NCBI GenBank assembly: GCA_018716225.1
Contig: DVKE01000048.1
Span: 166 to 64,165, forward strand
Reading direction: 5' to 3'
Length of the DNA stretch: 64,000 bases
Source: Candidatus Onthousia faecigallinarum
GTDB taxonomy: Bacteria > Bacillota_I > Bacilli_A > RF39 > UBA660
The notes under the pieces are model-generated. The model searched no databases, was not told the DNA's origin, and was given only the letters and a program-made list of their open reading frames with translations. Below are positions 29,089-40,380 of this stretch, piece after piece; position 1 is the stretch's first letter; each line of letters opens with the position of its first letter. The translations under genes were made by a program, and so were the position numbers.

Positions 29089-29751
29089 TTATTTTAATTC
29101 CCACTGAATGGGTTCCATCCCTTTTGAAATTAAAAATTGATTTGTCTTGGAAAAAGGTCTACTACCAAAGAAACCTTGATAGGCAGATAAAGGAGAAGGA
29201 TGAGCCGATTCTACAATGTAATGAATTGGATTCGTAATTAATTTCTTCTTAGCTCTAGCATATCCTCCCCAAAGAATAAAAACAACGGGAGTAGTTTTTT
29301 GATTTAATAATTCAATTACCCGATCGGTAAAGATTTCCCAACCTCTCCCTCTATGAGAAGCAGCTTTATCTTTCTCGACCGTTAATACACTATTTAATAA
29401 CAAAACTCCTTGCAATGTCCAAGGCGTAAGATTCGAAGTCGTTGGAATAGGACATCCTAAATCATCATGCATCTCTTTAAAAATGTTAACCAGACTTGGA
29501 GGTTTCGGAACACCATTTTGAACCGAAAAAGAAAGACCATGAGCTTGATTTTCTCCATGATAAGGATCTTGTCCTAAAATAACAACCTTCACCTCTTCAT
29601 AAGGAGTTTGCCGAAAAGCATTAAAAATTTCATTTTTCTTTGGATAAATCACCTTATGATCATATTCTGTTTCCACAAAAGAAATTAAATCTTTAAAATA
29701 GGGTTTATCATACTCTTCTTTTAAATAAATATCCCAATCATTTCCTATCAT
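29089..29751 (-). CDS. ung: Uracil-DNA glycosylase
   Basis: GQDPYHGENQAHGLSFSV is a family-1 UDG. Confidence 0.9.
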   Translation of the reverse strand: MIGNDWDIYLKEEYDKPYFKDLISFVETEYDHKVIYPKKNEIFNAFRQTPYEEVKVVILGQDPYHGENQAHGLSFSVQNGVPKPPSLVNIFKEMHDDLGCPIPTTSNLTPWTLQGVLLLNSVLTVEKDKAASHRGRGWEIFTDRVIELLNQKTTPVVFILWGGYARAKKKLITNPIHYIVESAHPSPLSAYQGFFGSRPFSKTNQFLISKGMEPIQWELK

Positions 29752-29762
29752 AAAAACACCTC

Positions 29763-30218
29763 CTACTTATGGTATTTTTCATTATGATTAATTTTATAAG
29801 CACGATATAATTGTTCTAAAAAAAGAACGCGAAACAATTGATGAGGAAAAGTCATTTTTGAAAAACTTAAAGTCATTTGAGCTCTCTTCGTTAAAGAAGA
29901 AGCAAGACCATAACTTCCACCAATGACAAAACAAAGGTTAGCATGCTGCATTTCTAATTTATCAAGATTAGCAGCAAAAGAAAGAGAATCAAGCTGTTTT
30001 CCCGCAATATCAAGCGTAATAACATAGTCTTTTTCTTCGATATGTTTCAAAAGCTCTTCCCCTTCTTTTTCCTTCGTCTTATGAATATCTTCATAATGGA
30101 AATCCGAAACTTCTATAATTTTTAATTTGGCATATTTTGAAATTCTCTTTTCATATTCGCAAACCGCTGCTTGAAGATAATCTTCTTTTAATTTTCCAAC
30201 ACATAATACTTTTATCAT
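29763..30218 (-). CDS. rlmH: 23S rRNA (pseudouridine1915-N3)-methyltransferase RlmH
   Basis: 151 aa with a SPOUT fold signature. Confidence 0.8.
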   Translation of the reverse strand: MIKVLCVGKLKEDYLQAAVCEYEKRISKYAKLKIIEVSDFHYEDIHKTKEKEGEELLKHIEEKDYVITLDIAGKQLDSLSFAANLDKLEMQHANLCFVIGGSYGLASSLTKRAQMTLSFSKMTFPHQLFRVLFLEQLYRAYKINHNEKYHK

Positions 30219-30976
30219 ACTTCTAATAATTCACTCGCTTCCTCTTGTTTTGCTACTAATAAGACAGGATGATATTCTGTTTCTTTTAATTTATTGAAAG
30301 TAGTAGAATAAGCCAACTCTTCTGTATTATTATGTTCACTAAGATGCGCTAACACTACATATTTAGTATCCTTGCCAACTAATTCTTGCAAATACTCACT
30401 TGTTGTTTCATTAGATAAATGACCAACATCACTAAGAATTCTTTGTTTTAAAACATAAGGATACGGTCCATCCATCAACATTTTTTCATCATGATTGCTT
30501 TCCATATAATAGATTTCTTTATTTTTTAACAATTTCAAATACTTACGATTTAAATAGCCCGTATCCGTAATATAAACTAAACTATGTTCCAAATAAGTAA
30601 ACAGAAAACCAACACTACCAGGAGCATCATGTGAAGTATGAATTAAATTTAAGGTAATATCATTTAAATGCATTTCATCTTGATAAAATTCAATGCGATC
30701 AAGGGGCAAAATATCTTTTAGTTCCGGATACATCTCTTCACGAATATAAACTCTAAACTGACTATGTTTTAATAAAACAGAAAGACCAGAAATATGATCT
30801 CGATGGGTATGGGTTAACAAGAGAAAAGAAACATCAGATAAACAGACACCCATCCAATCAAGTTCTCTTAACAACCGATGATAGGTGATACCGATATCGA
30901 TAAGAAAAGAAGTGGTTCCACATGTTACAAAAGAACAGTTTCCTTTAGAACCACTTGCTAATACTTTGAATTCCAT
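30215..30976 (-). CDS. MBL-fold metallo-hydrolase (YycJ/WalJ-like)
   Basis: It has the HTHRDH motif and a YycJ-like N-terminus MEFKVLASGSKGNCSFV. Confidence 0.75.
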   Translation of the reverse strand: MEFKVLASGSKGNCSFVTCGTTSFLIDIGITYHRLLRELDWMGVCLSDVSFLLLTHTHRDHISGLSVLLKHSQFRVYIREEMYPELKDILPLDRIEFYQDEMHLNDITLNLIHTSHDAPGSVGFLFTYLEHSLVYITDTGYLNRKYLKLLKNKEIYYMESNHDEKMLMDGPYPYVLKQRILSDVGHLSNETTSEYLQELVGKDTKYVVLAHLSEHNNTEELAYSTTFNKLKETEYHPVLLVAKQEEASELLEV

Positions 30977-32493
30977 TAGAACAAACTCATCGGATTCATC
31001 GAAGAAGATCCCCGACTATATGGATATCCTCTCCATAAACTAAAGTGTAAATGTACTCCGGTTGCGGCTCCTGTTTGACCCATTGTACCAATCGTATCAC
31101 CAATCGATACTTCTTGCCCTACACTGACATATCTTTCTGCTAAATGAGCATACATCGTATAGTAACCATTATTATGATTAATAACAATGTATTGACCATT
31201 ATCATATTTATAAGTAGATGCCACAACAATACCGTTATTAGAAGCATAAATAGGTGAACCATATCCAGCTCCTGCAATATCCATACCATCATGTAGGGTA
31301 CCCCAACGATAAGCATATGGACTACTAATATAGTATGGTGTTCTTGTTGGCCATAACCAGTATCCTTCCACTTTACTATTGCCACTTAAACTACTATCCG
31401 TACCACCACCAGAATATCTTTGTTTCGTTCCTTTTACAATAATTCTTTTGGTCGGCTCACTCACCACTTGAGTAGCAGAAGTATCGATCGTAGCATTTTC
31501 CACCTGACCATTCACTTTTTCCAATACAGAAGTAACTAACTGAGAACCATTAACTCCTTCTTGAATAGTTTCTTCATAGGTTGTATATTGCGAATTATCA
31601 TATCTTGTTTCTGTTTCATAAGGAATATCTTGTAAAGCTACTTGCCTTTCTACTTCAATTAAACGAAATTGTGGTTTAATGATACTAATATTAACACTTT
31701 GTCCTTCATATAATAGACTATTCGCATCAGTAAACTCTGGATTAGCAATTAAAAATTCTTCATTCGATAATTTATTATTAAAGGAAACATCACTAATCGT
31801 ATCCCCCTTTTGAACTGTATATTTTTGTTGTTCTTCTAACGTACCATACAAAAGATACTTACTAAGATCGGCACTATTTTCATAAATTTTCTCATCCGAA
31901 GGAATATTTTTTTCTTTTATCGTAACTTTGTTTTCAAGATAAATATTTTCAATTAATGATCCTGTACTTCCACTCGCTATTTCAGCTTGCTGATTATTAA
32001 TATATTTATCGTATCGATCACTACCAACAAAAGCCCGGATCGTAGTATCCATAGCATCTTCAAAAACTTGTTCATCTAAAACATAAATTGTCTGATCAAC
32101 TCCTTCTACTACTTCTCCTTGTTCATTTGTAGTATCAATACCCGAAATGGTAACCTCATACCCTTTAATAGTAAAAGGTTCAATATCCTTTATTTTTTCA
32201 TAAATTTCTTGCGTAGTAGAAATGTTTTCATTGTAAGTAACATCCTTAACAATCTTCAAATCCTCAGGAGCATATACTTTATCAACCTGATACTGCTCTC
32301 TTAACATTTGTTGCTCATTATCAATATACTGATCCAAAGCTGTAGCATCTTCTACTAAGCCAATTGATTTTCCTGCCAAATAAACCCGATATACATTCTG
32401 AGGTTCCAAAGCTTTCGTATTTGGCGTAAAAAATAAAATAACAAAACTGACAATCGCAGCAATTGAAATAATAAGAACATTTTTAAAATTCAT
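30976..32493 (-). CDS. LysM- and M23-domain peptidoglycan metalloendopeptidase
   Basis: It has an N-terminal TM, a LysM domain (YTVQKGDTISDVSF..) and a C-terminal M23 domain (GVHLHFSLW). Confidence 0.7.
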   Translation of the reverse strand: MNFKNVLIISIAAIVSFVILFFTPNTKALEPQNVYRVYLAGKSIGLVEDATALDQYIDNEQQMLREQYQVDKVYAPEDLKIVKDVTYNENISTTQEIYEKIKDIEPFTIKGYEVTISGIDTTNEQGEVVEGVDQTIYVLDEQVFEDAMDTTIRAFVGSDRYDKYINNQQAEIASGSTGSLIENIYLENKVTIKEKNIPSDEKIYENSADLSKYLLYGTLEEQQKYTVQKGDTISDVSFNNKLSNEEFLIANPEFTDANSLLYEGQSVNISIIKPQFRLIEVERQVALQDIPYETETRYDNSQYTTYEETIQEGVNGSQLVTSVLEKVNGQVENATIDTSATQVVSEPTKRIIVKGTKQRYSGGGTDSSLSGNSKVEGYWLWPTRTPYYISSPYAYRWGTLHDGMDIAGAGYGSPIYASNNGIVVASTYKYDNGQYIVINHNNGYYTMYAHLAERYVSVGQEVSIGDTIGTMGQTGAATGVHLHFSLWRGYPYSRGSSSMNPMSLF

Positions 32494-32494
32494 T

Positions 32495-33838
32495 TTATTC
32501 CTCCTCTTGTTCTCTTGTCATGTTTAAAAACGTTGATGTATCTTTTTTAAATAATAATGGAATCGTCGCTTGTGGTCCATTTCTGTGTTTTGCAATAATA
32601 AATTCACTCATACTATTCGCATCTTTTTTCGCTTCTTTAGAATAATAATCTTCTCGATATAGAAAACCTACTAAATCAGCATCTTGTTCAATAGAACCTG
32701 ATTCACGAAGATCGGATAGCATTGGTCTTTTATCTTCTCTTCCCTCCACACTACGAGAAAGTTGTGCAAGAGCAATAATCGGAATATGTAACTCCATTGC
32801 TAAAGTCTTCAAACTTCGAGAAATATCAGCTACTTCTTGTTGCCGATTTGATCCATAATTCCTACCTCCTGATATTAATTGTAAATAATCGATGATTACT
32901 AAGTCAAGCCCATCACTAGAAGAAGATAGTCTCCGACACTTGGCCCGAATTTCGCCAATACTGATTCCTGGAGTATCATCGATATATAAATTCGCATGAC
33001 TTAATTGACTTGCCGCTTCATTAAATCTTTTCCAATCACTATTTAACATTCTACCAGTTCGAAGTTTATAACCTTCTATCTGTCCTAAAGAAGATAAAAT
33101 ACGATTGGCAAGTTGTTCTGCCCCCATTTCAAGGTTGAAGACAGCCACTGTTTTTTCCGTATGTGTCGTTACATAAGTAGCAAGATTTAAAGCAAAAGCC
33201 GTTTTACCCATACCAGGACGAGCCGCCACAATAATAAGTTCATTTTCGTGAAGACCAGCTGTAATTTTATCAAGATCATACCAACCAGTAGCAATTCCTG
33301 TAATTTCGCCTTTTAAATCCGCCAACTTTTCCAAATCTGCCTGCGTCTTTACAAGCACATCCTGAATACTTTTAAATTCACTTGTTTTACGATTCTTAGC
33401 AATAGTTAAAATCTTCTTTTCGGCCGAATCTAAAATATCATTAACACTATTCTTTGCCTCATAACCAGAAGTAGCAATATCCGTTGCTGTTTCAATTAAT
33501 CTTCGCAAAAGGGCACTATCTAAAACTTCTTTAATATAATATTCAATATTAGCAGCAGTAGGAACAAATTGAATTACTTCCGTTAAATAAGTAACACCTC
33601 CAACTTCATTTAACCAATTTTGTTTTGTAAGTTCACTCGTAACTGTAGTCAAATCCACTGGAATTTTCTGTTCTACTAAATTCTGCAAAGCTTTAAAGAT
33701 TTTTGCATTTTTATTATCAAAGAAATCCGTTTCCTCTAAATTCTCAACCGCAGTTTGAAGAGCATTTTGAGATAAGAAACAAGCCCCTAAAACACTCTCT
33801 TCTGCTTCTAAATTATTTGGTAATTGTTTTAAGGCCAT
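32495..33838 (-). CDS. dnaB: Replicative DNA helicase (DnaB family)
   Basis: It has Walker A (GMGKTAFA) and the DnaB N-terminal domain. Confidence 0.95.
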   Translation of the reverse strand: MALKQLPNNLEAEESVLGACFLSQNALQTAVENLEETDFFDNKNAKIFKALQNLVEQKIPVDLTTVTSELTKQNWLNEVGGVTYLTEVIQFVPTAANIEYYIKEVLDSALLRRLIETATDIATSGYEAKNSVNDILDSAEKKILTIAKNRKTSEFKSIQDVLVKTQADLEKLADLKGEITGIATGWYDLDKITAGLHENELIIVAARPGMGKTAFALNLATYVTTHTEKTVAVFNLEMGAEQLANRILSSLGQIEGYKLRTGRMLNSDWKRFNEAASQLSHANLYIDDTPGISIGEIRAKCRRLSSSSDGLDLVIIDYLQLISGGRNYGSNRQQEVADISRSLKTLAMELHIPIIALAQLSRSVEGREDKRPMLSDLRESGSIEQDADLVGFLYREDYYSKEAKKDANSMSEFIIAKHRNGPQATIPLLFKKDTSTFLNMTREQEEE

Positions 33839-33856
33839 TTCTTACTTCTAACCTCC

Positions 33857-34303
33857 TCACTTCACTAAATGCACTTTTACTTTCGCAAGAACCCCTTTAT
33901 ATAATTCTATCACAATCGTATGAAAACCTAAAGTAGATAACGAATTTTCCATCTGAATTGCATTCTTCTCTATTTTATACCCTACTTTTTCCAAAGCATC
34001 TTTAATTTGTTTGGCACTAACACTTCCAAAGACTTTATCTTGTTCCCCGGTACGAACCGTAAAAGTTAAAACTTCTTTTTCTAACTTTTCTTTCATTTCA
34101 ATTGCTTCTTGCTTTTTCTTCTCGTCAGAAAGAGCTTGATTCTTCTTTTCTTCTTCTAATTTTGCCAAGTTAATACCATTCGCTACAACAGCATAACCTT
34201 TTTTGATTAAAAAGTTTTGGGCATAACCATCTTTTACTTCTTTTATTTGCCCTTTTTTTCCTTGATTTTTCAAGTCTTTTATAAAGATAACCTTCATTTT
34301 CAT
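33857..34303 (-). CDS. rplI: 50S ribosomal protein L9
   Basis: [31 protein letters not shown]. Confidence 0.9.
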   Translation of the reverse strand: MKMKVIFIKDLKNQGKKGQIKEVKDGYAQNFLIKKGYAVVANGINLAKLEEEKKNQALSDEKKKQEAIEMKEKLEKEVLTFTVRTGEQDKVFGSVSAKQIKDALEKVGYKIEKNAIQMENSLSTLGFHTIVIELYKGVLAKVKVHLVK

Positions 34304-35289
34304 TCCTCCTTTTTGAGAATTTGTAAAAGTTTTTGTTCCACTTTACTAATAGAACTATTAGAAATTCTAGCAGCGGCCCCCATTTGATCTCCTCCACCGC
34401 CTAATTTACCTAAAATATTAGCAACATTATACTTTCCGAGGCTTCGACCACTAACATAAACATCTTTCTCATTGATCTTACCAATTACAAAAGATAATTC
34501 GATATTATTGAAGAAAAGAAGAGTATCCGCTGTTTTTGCAAGTTCATCCTTGCGATATATAGTATAAGGGCTTCCTTTCGAAATTGCAATTTTTTCATTT
34601 AAAATATCAACATTCGTAATCATCGTCTGTCGTTCCATATACTCTTTTAAATCTTGTTTTAACAAATATTGTACTTTTTTACTACTTGCTCCCATCATCG
34701 CTAAATAATAAGCACTATAATAGGTGTTAGCATTGGTTTTTAAAGTAAAATTATTTGTATCTAAAACAACTCCCGCTAAAATTAAAGTAGCATAATAAGG
34801 ATCAAGAGTAATTTGGTAACTTTCTAATAAATTTGTAACCATTTCACAAGTACTTGATACTTCATTATCGATAATACGTAAAGAGGATTCGATAGAAGTT
34901 GCCCCAGTATCATGGTGATCAAAAATAATAATTTGATCTTCCAAAAAAAAATCTAATACTTTCGAACTCTGAATCAAATCTGTTTTATTCGTATCAAGAA
35001 TTAATAATAAGTTTCTTTTCTGCCGAATATATAAATTGTCTTCGACTTTATCACTAGTAAGAATATTGATGCATCCATCTAACTCTTGCAATACCTTAGC
35101 AACACCAAGCTCATGCCTTTTATCATCAATAATGAGATAACAATTTTTATGTAAACGGGAAAGCAAAAAATACATACCAAGAGAACTACCAAGCGCATCT
35201 AAATCTAAATCCTTATGAGACATAATAAAAATGCTTTTCGCTTGTCGAAGATGTTTTTTAATTTCTTTTTTCTTATCTACTATCTTCAT
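34300..35289 (-). CDS. DHH-family phosphoesterase (NrnA-like)
   Basis: It has DHH (FDHHD) and DHHA1 regions. The start is chosen at MKIVDKK, with a perfect RBS AAGGAGG 5 nt upstream. The ORF could extend to 35343 (TTG). Confidence 0.65.
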   Translation of the reverse strand: MKIVDKKKEIKKHLRQAKSIFIMSHKDLDLDALGSSLGMYFLLSRLHKNCYLIIDDKRHELGVAKVLQELDGCINILTSDKVEDNLYIRQKRNLLLILDTNKTDLIQSSKVLDFFLEDQIIIFDHHDTGATSIESSLRIIDNEVSSTCEMVTNLLESYQITLDPYYATLILAGVVLDTNNFTLKTNANTYYSAYYLAMMGASSKKVQYLLKQDLKEYMERQTMITNVDILNEKIAISKGSPYTIYRKDELAKTADTLLFFNNIELSFVIGKINEKDVYVSGRSLGKYNVANILGKLGGGGDQMGAAARISNSSISKVEQKLLQILKKEE

Positions 35290-35365
35290 AATTGCCTCCT
35301 TTTCATTCATATATATTATATAATATTTTTTTATAATAATCAAAAAAAGTAAATGATCAACTCAT

Positions 35366-35581
35366 CTACTTTGTATAAGGTAATAAGGCAATCGCTCTAG
35401 CTCTTTTAATTTGTTCTGCAATATAACGTTGATGACGAGCACAGTTTCCTGTAACACGTCTTGGAACTATTTTACCTTTTTCATTGATATATTTTTTTAA
35501 GATATCAACATCTTTATAATTGATTTGTTTTCCAGTACACATTAAACATACTTTTTTCTTCTTACGATAAAATTCGGCCAT
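35366..35581 (-). CDS. rpsR: 30S ribosomal protein S18
   Basis: 71 aa S18 signature. Confidence 0.9.
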   Translation of the reverse strand: MAEFYRKKKKVCLMCTGKQINYKDVDILKKYINEKGKIVPRRVTGNCARHQRYIAEQIKRARAIALLPYTK

Positions 35582-35596
35582 CTTTTTCCCTCCTTT

Positions 35597-36100
35597 TTAA
35601 AATGGTAAATCATCATCACTAATTTCAATGCTAGCACCAAAATCAGCATAGGGATTACTTGAGACATCAGTACCGCTTTGGTTATTTGTACTTCCAGAAT
35701 CACTAGGAAAATCATATGGGGTAGGCTCTTGAGTAGGAGCAGAAAAATTATTTGTAGATGTACTATTGTTGTTATTTGAAGCTCCCTTTGGGGTTAAAAA
35801 CTCAACATTATCAGCTACAACTTCGGTAACATATCTTCTTTGACCATTTTGATCATCATAGCTACGTACTTGTATTCTTCCTTCTACTGCAACCTGTGTT
35901 CCTTGATGAACATATTTTTTTACATTCTCTGCTTGTTTTCTCCAGACAACACAGTTAATAAAGTCTGCTTCTCTTTCTCCTGATTGATTCGTAAAATTAC
36001 GGTTGACTGCCAAAGTAAAGGTTGCAACCGCAGTATTATTTCCAGTATAACGAAGCTCTGGATCTCTTGTTAGTCTCCCTATTAAAAATACTTTATTCAT
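35597..36100 (-). CDS. ssb: Single-stranded DNA-binding protein
   Basis: It has an OB fold and a C-terminal acidic DDDLPF tail. Confidence 0.95.
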   Translation of the reverse strand: MNKVFLIGRLTRDPELRYTGNNTAVATFTLAVNRNFTNQSGEREADFINCVVWRKQAENVKKYVHQGTQVAVEGRIQVRSYDDQNGQRRYVTEVVADNVEFLTPKGASNNNNSTSTNNFSAPTQEPTPYDFPSDSGSTNNQSGTDVSSNPYADFGASIEISDDDLPF

Positions 36101-36114
36101 AGTTACCTCTTTTC

Positions 36115-36402
36115 TTAATCATCAACACGAACGATTAAATGACGCAATAAGTTTTCATTGATACGAGCTAGACGATCAAATTCCTTTGTAGCTTCAGGTT
36201 CAGCTTCTACTACAAATAAGAAATAATAACCATTCTTGTATTTCTTAATTTCATAAGCTAACTCTCTTTGACCCATTGCTTTTTCTTCTACAATTTTAGC
36301 TTTGTGATCCGTTAAAACCTTCTTTAGATTATCAGCTTCCTTTTTAATTGCTGCCTCCTCTAAATCTGGTTTTACGATAAACATAATTTCATACTTGTTC
36401 AT
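36115..36402 (-). CDS. rpsF: 30S ribosomal protein S6
   Basis: MNKYEIMFIVKPDLEE. Confidence 0.9.
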   Translation of the reverse strand: MNKYEIMFIVKPDLEEAAIKKEADNLKKVLTDHKAKIVEEKAMGQRELAYEIKKYKNGYYFLFVVEAEPEATKEFDRLARINENLLRHLIVRVDD

Positions 36403-36545
36403 CTTTCCACCTCCTTCTGGCCATAAGACCTATTTCTAGGTAAGGAGTATTTCAAATACTCGTTGCTAGTATAACAAATAATTGCTAAAAAGTCTACTAT
36501 TTTTTGGTACCCTTTTAACCGATTGATACAATATCTATGTCTTTG

Positions 36546-37652
36546 TTACTTAGATACATTAAAACGAAAATGACAAATATCTCCATCTTGCATAATATAA
36601 TCTTTTCCTTCCAACCGAGCCTTACCTGCCTCTTTGACTTTTAATTCACTACCACAATCAATCAAATCTTGATAAGAAATAACTTCCGCTTTAATAAATC
36701 CCTTTTCAAAATCCGTATGAATAATCCCAGCACATTGCTTTGCATTCATTCCTTTCTGAAAAGTCCAAGCTCGAACCTCATCTTTTCCTACCGTAAAATA
36801 AGTAGCAAGTCCTAACAAATCATACGTAGCTTTTACTAAAGCATCAAGTCCAGAACAAGAAAGCCCCAAGGCTTCTAACATTTCTTTTTTATCCTCATCA
36901 TCTAGTTCACTTAACTCTTCTTCTACTTTAGCACATAAAACAATAACAGAGGATTTTTCTTTTTGAGCATATTTCTTTACTTCTTGCACATAATGATTAT
37001 CTTCCTTTCCAAGATCACTTTCTTCAATATTCGCTAAATAAATCATCGGCTTCATGGTTAAAAATTGATAAGACTTTAAAGCTTTTTTCTCTTCTTCACT
37101 AAATTCTACCAATCGTAAAGGAGTATTTTTTTCCAAAGATTCTTTGGCTTTTTCTAATGCTTCTAATTCTAATAAATCGTTTTTATCTTTTGTCGTCCTT
37201 GCTTTTTTAGAAATTCTCTCTAATCGATTCTGAATCACTTCCAAATCACTAATCGAAAGCTCCAAATTAATCGTTTCTATATCACGAATAGGATCAACAT
37301 TACCATCAACATGAATAATATTACCTTTCTCAAAACAACGCACAACTTCCACAATTGCATCCGTTTCTCGAATATGAGCAAGAAATTTATTTCCTAATCC
37401 TTCCCCTTTACTAGCACCCTTAACAAGACCAGCAATATCTGTAAATTCATAACTAGTCGGAATCACTCTTTCTGGTTGATACATGGAAGCTAAACGTTCT
37501 AATCTTTCATCTTTTACATTCACAACCCCAACATTAGGATCAATGGTAGCAAAAGGATAATTCTCAGCTAATATATGTTGATTCGTAATTGCATTAAATA
37601 AAGTACTTTTCCCTACATTTGGTAATCCTACAATTCCCGCTTTTAAACTCAT
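36546..37652 (-). CDS. ychF: Ribosome-binding ATPase YchF
   Basis: It has the G1 motif GLPNVGKST and a TGS domain. Confidence 0.9.
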   Translation of the reverse strand: MSLKAGIVGLPNVGKSTLFNAITNQHILAENYPFATIDPNVGVVNVKDERLERLASMYQPERVIPTSYEFTDIAGLVKGASKGEGLGNKFLAHIRETDAIVEVVRCFEKGNIIHVDGNVDPIRDIETINLELSISDLEVIQNRLERISKKARTTKDKNDLLELEALEKAKESLEKNTPLRLVEFSEEEKKALKSYQFLTMKPMIYLANIEESDLGKEDNHYVQEVKKYAQKEKSSVIVLCAKVEEELSELDDEDKKEMLEALGLSCSGLDALVKATYDLLGLATYFTVGKDEVRAWTFQKGMNAKQCAGIIHTDFEKGFIKAEVISYQDLIDCGSELKVKEAGKARLEGKDYIMQDGDICHFRFNVSK

Positions 37653-37775
37653 AATAACACCTCTTTTAAACAGTTATATTATAACGCATTCCCAAATGAA
37701 GATCAATTTCGTTTTTATATCACAACAAAAAAGCTCATCCGATCATTTGATGAACTTAACTTCAAAAGAAACCTG

Positions 37776-39371
37776 CTATAAAGAAGGAAGCACTCCTGGT
37801 CCAAGTGGTAAACCTATCAAATACCAACAAACCGTTAAGAAAATCCAAGTAAAGGCAATCACACCAAAGTAGGGTATTACATAACCAATACTTTCCCGAA
37901 TAGAAATTGGCTTTTTCTTATCTTGATTATAAATATTAAGATATCCTATATAAATGGCAAACCCAGCTAAAAGAGGTGTAATTCCAGCCGTAATAGAAGT
38001 TCCAACTCTTAAAATAAATTGGGCAAATTGAGGTGATAAGTTAGATTGCATAAAAGCCGGAACGACCACAGGAGAAAAAATTTCCCATTTGGCAGTAGGA
38101 GTTGTAATAAACAAATTCGCAATTCCAATAATAATAATAGTAAAAATAATTAAAGGAATACCAGTAAAATTAAGACTGCCTAATAAGTTAGCTAATAAGC
38201 AACCAATAACAGTACCAATATTAGTTTGTTTAAACACCGAAATAAATTGACTAACGACAAATAACAATATTAACATTTCACCCATTGGAAGAAAAGTCTC
38301 TTTACATCCCTGAATAAGTTCTTTGTCATTCTTAATTGTCTTTGCCCCAATTCCATAAGCAAGGCCCATACCACAAAACAATAAAGACATCATATAAGTA
38401 AAACCATCTTGAAAATAAGAATTACTACCAAATAACTGTCCCAAATAAGTATCCTCATTCATATCAAGTAACATTCCGGACATAGGAAGATTAGGTATCA
38501 ACATATATATAAACAAAAGAATAATAACAATACCTGTAATATAAGCAAACTTTAAACCTCTTTTTTCTCGTTTTTCCTTTTCGATCTTCATCTGCTCTAA
38601 TTCTTCTTCATCTATAATTTGTAACTCTTCCGTTTTAGCAGTTTCTTCTTTTTCTTTCATTTTACCAATTCGGGGAGCAATAATTTTTTCAATAACGATA
38701 GTACCAATCAATGGTAGCAAGAAAGAAAAAGCAATAATAATGAACAAGTTAGATGTTAAACTAATATGAGTTGAATCATCAATCAAACGAGCAGCAGACG
38801 TTGTATAAGGAATTAAATTAACATCTAAAGATCCAACAAATAAGGATACGCCATATCCAAAACTAACCCCACAAAAAGCAGTAATAATTCCTAAAAAAGG
38901 ATGCCTATTATTATATTGATATATCATAGCAGCCAACGGAATTAATAAAACATAACCAACTTCATTAATTAAAGAAGAAATAGTCGCTAAAAACAAAACA
39001 ATAAAAGTTAGTACTCTTTTATCAATTTTACTTAATTTTCTCTTACAAAAAGTATCAAGAAAACCAGTTGCAGTTGCAACACTAACTCCAATTAAAGTAA
39101 TAATTAACATTCCAAGAGGAGCAAAACTAAGAAAATCTCGAAGAGCATTACTAAAAATATATTTCATGCCATCAAAACTTAGCATATTATTAACAGTAAC
39201 TAAGGTTGAATTCAACTTATAAGTTTGAGTATTTATTTCACTATAAGTTCCTTGCATCTGTAGACCGGATAAAATAGCACTAAGAATAATAACAAAAATG
39301 GTTAACAACAAAAAAACGGTAATAGGATGAAAATAAAATTTTTTCAATTTTAATTTTTTCTTTTCCTTCAT
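37776..39371 (-). CDS. AbgT family transporter
   Basis: 531 aa polytopic protein. The SFAPLGMLIITLIGVSVATATGF block is AbgT/YdaH-like. Confidence 0.6.
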   Translation of the reverse strand: MKEKKKLKLKKFYFHPITVFLLLTIFVIILSAILSGLQMQGTYSEINTQTYKLNSTLVTVNNMLSFDGMKYIFSNALRDFLSFAPLGMLIITLIGVSVATATGFLDTFCKRKLSKIDKRVLTFIVLFLATISSLINEVGYVLLIPLAAMIYQYNNRHPFLGIITAFCGVSFGYGVSLFVGSLDVNLIPYTTSAARLIDDSTHISLTSNLFIIIAFSFLLPLIGTIVIEKIIAPRIGKMKEKEETAKTEELQIIDEEELEQMKIEKEKREKRGLKFAYITGIVIILLFIYMLIPNLPMSGMLLDMNEDTYLGQLFGSNSYFQDGFTYMMSLLFCGMGLAYGIGAKTIKNDKELIQGCKETFLPMGEMLILLFVVSQFISVFKQTNIGTVIGCLLANLLGSLNFTGIPLIIFTIIIIGIANLFITTPTAKWEIFSPVVVPAFMQSNLSPQFAQFILRVGTSITAGITPLLAGFAIYIGYLNIYNQDKKKPISIRESIGYVIPYFGVIAFTWIFLTVCWYLIGLPLGPGVLPSL

Positions 39372-39372
39372 A

Positions 39373-39567
39373 TTATACCTCTTTCATCAACACTTTTTTT
39401 ATTTTTTTATTAAATTCAATTCGAGGAATAAAAATCATTCGACCACAACCACAGCATTTAATTTTAATATCTGCCCCTAACCGAATAATTTCCCATTCGT
39501 TACTACCACAAGGATGCTTTTTTTTCATAATAACATGGCTTCCAAGCGTATATTCTTTATTTTCCAT
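39373..39567 (-). CDS. DUF951-like small protein
   Basis: 64 aa with CGS..CCGCG cysteines. Confidence 0.4.
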   Translation of the reverse strand: MENKEYTLGSHVIMKKKHPCGSNEWEIIRLGADIKIKCCGCGRMIFIPRIEFNKKIKKVLMKEV

Positions 39568-40363
39568 GATGCACCTCTATCTGTGGATAAGGAATTTCAA
39601 TTCCTGCTTCATCCAATGCTAACTTTAAATCTTTTCTCATTTTTCTTTCGATTTCAAAATCTTTTGTAGCTTTTACTTTACCAGCAATTCGATAAACAAC
39701 TGCCGAATCATCTAAATTTTCAATTCCCCATAATTCGATAGGTCCTTTTAAATCAGAATAAGTTTGATTCATTTTTTCTATTGTTTGATGAATAACTTTT
39801 TCTACTTGCTCTAAGTCTGCTTCATAACTGACTGACAAATCAATTAAAGCAAGAGAAGCATGATGACTATAATTGATGATTTCGTTAATAGAATGATTTG
39901 AAATAGTCATTTCAGCTCCTTTATAATCACGAATTCGAGTCGTCCGAAGGCCAATCGAAATCACATCCCCTCGAAAGCCATTAATCGAAACATTATCTCC
40001 TACTTCAAAAGCTTCTTCAATTAAAATAGAAATACCAGCCAAAAAATCTTTAGCAATATCTTGAAAAGCAAGAGATAAAACAGCTACTCCAATTCCAAGT
40101 CCTGCAAAAAGACTAGTAACATTAATATGATAAGCCGTAAGCACAAACAAAAAAGTAATTATAATGATAAGATATTTAATAATATTATTAATAATACTTT
40201 TTGAAGTCTCAATTCTTTTCTTATTTTTAGTACTCATTTGTTTCTTTACTAAAGCTTGATTAATTAAATGAGTTATCACTTGATAAATGATATAAGCAGC
40301 TGCTATATAAATAATTGGTTTTAAAACATACTGAAAAATCTCAGTTTCAAAAAACTCGGTCAA
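39557..40363 (-). CDS. Mechanosensitive ion channel family protein (MscS-like)
   Basis: It has 3 TM segments and an MscS beta-domain (GDVISIGLRTTRIR). Confidence 0.7.
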   Translation of the reverse strand: MTEFFETEIFQYVLKPIIYIAAAYIIYQVITHLINQALVKKQMSTKNKKRIETSKSIINNIIKYLIIIITFLFVLTAYHINVTSLFAGLGIGVAVLSLAFQDIAKDFLAGISILIEEAFEVGDNVSINGFRGDVISIGLRTTRIRDYKGAEMTISNHSINEIINYSHHASLALIDLSVSYEADLEQVEKVIHQTIEKMNQTYSDLKGPIELWGIENLDDSAVVYRIAGKVKATKDFEIERKMRKDLKLALDEAGIEIPYPQIEVHHGK

Positions 40364-40380
40364 AATATTACATCACACCT

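Noticed and set aside
34170-34397. 75-aa minus-strand ORF overlapping the rplI 5' end and the DHH 3' end
   Set aside because: It is a frame-shifted overlap of two well-supported genes.
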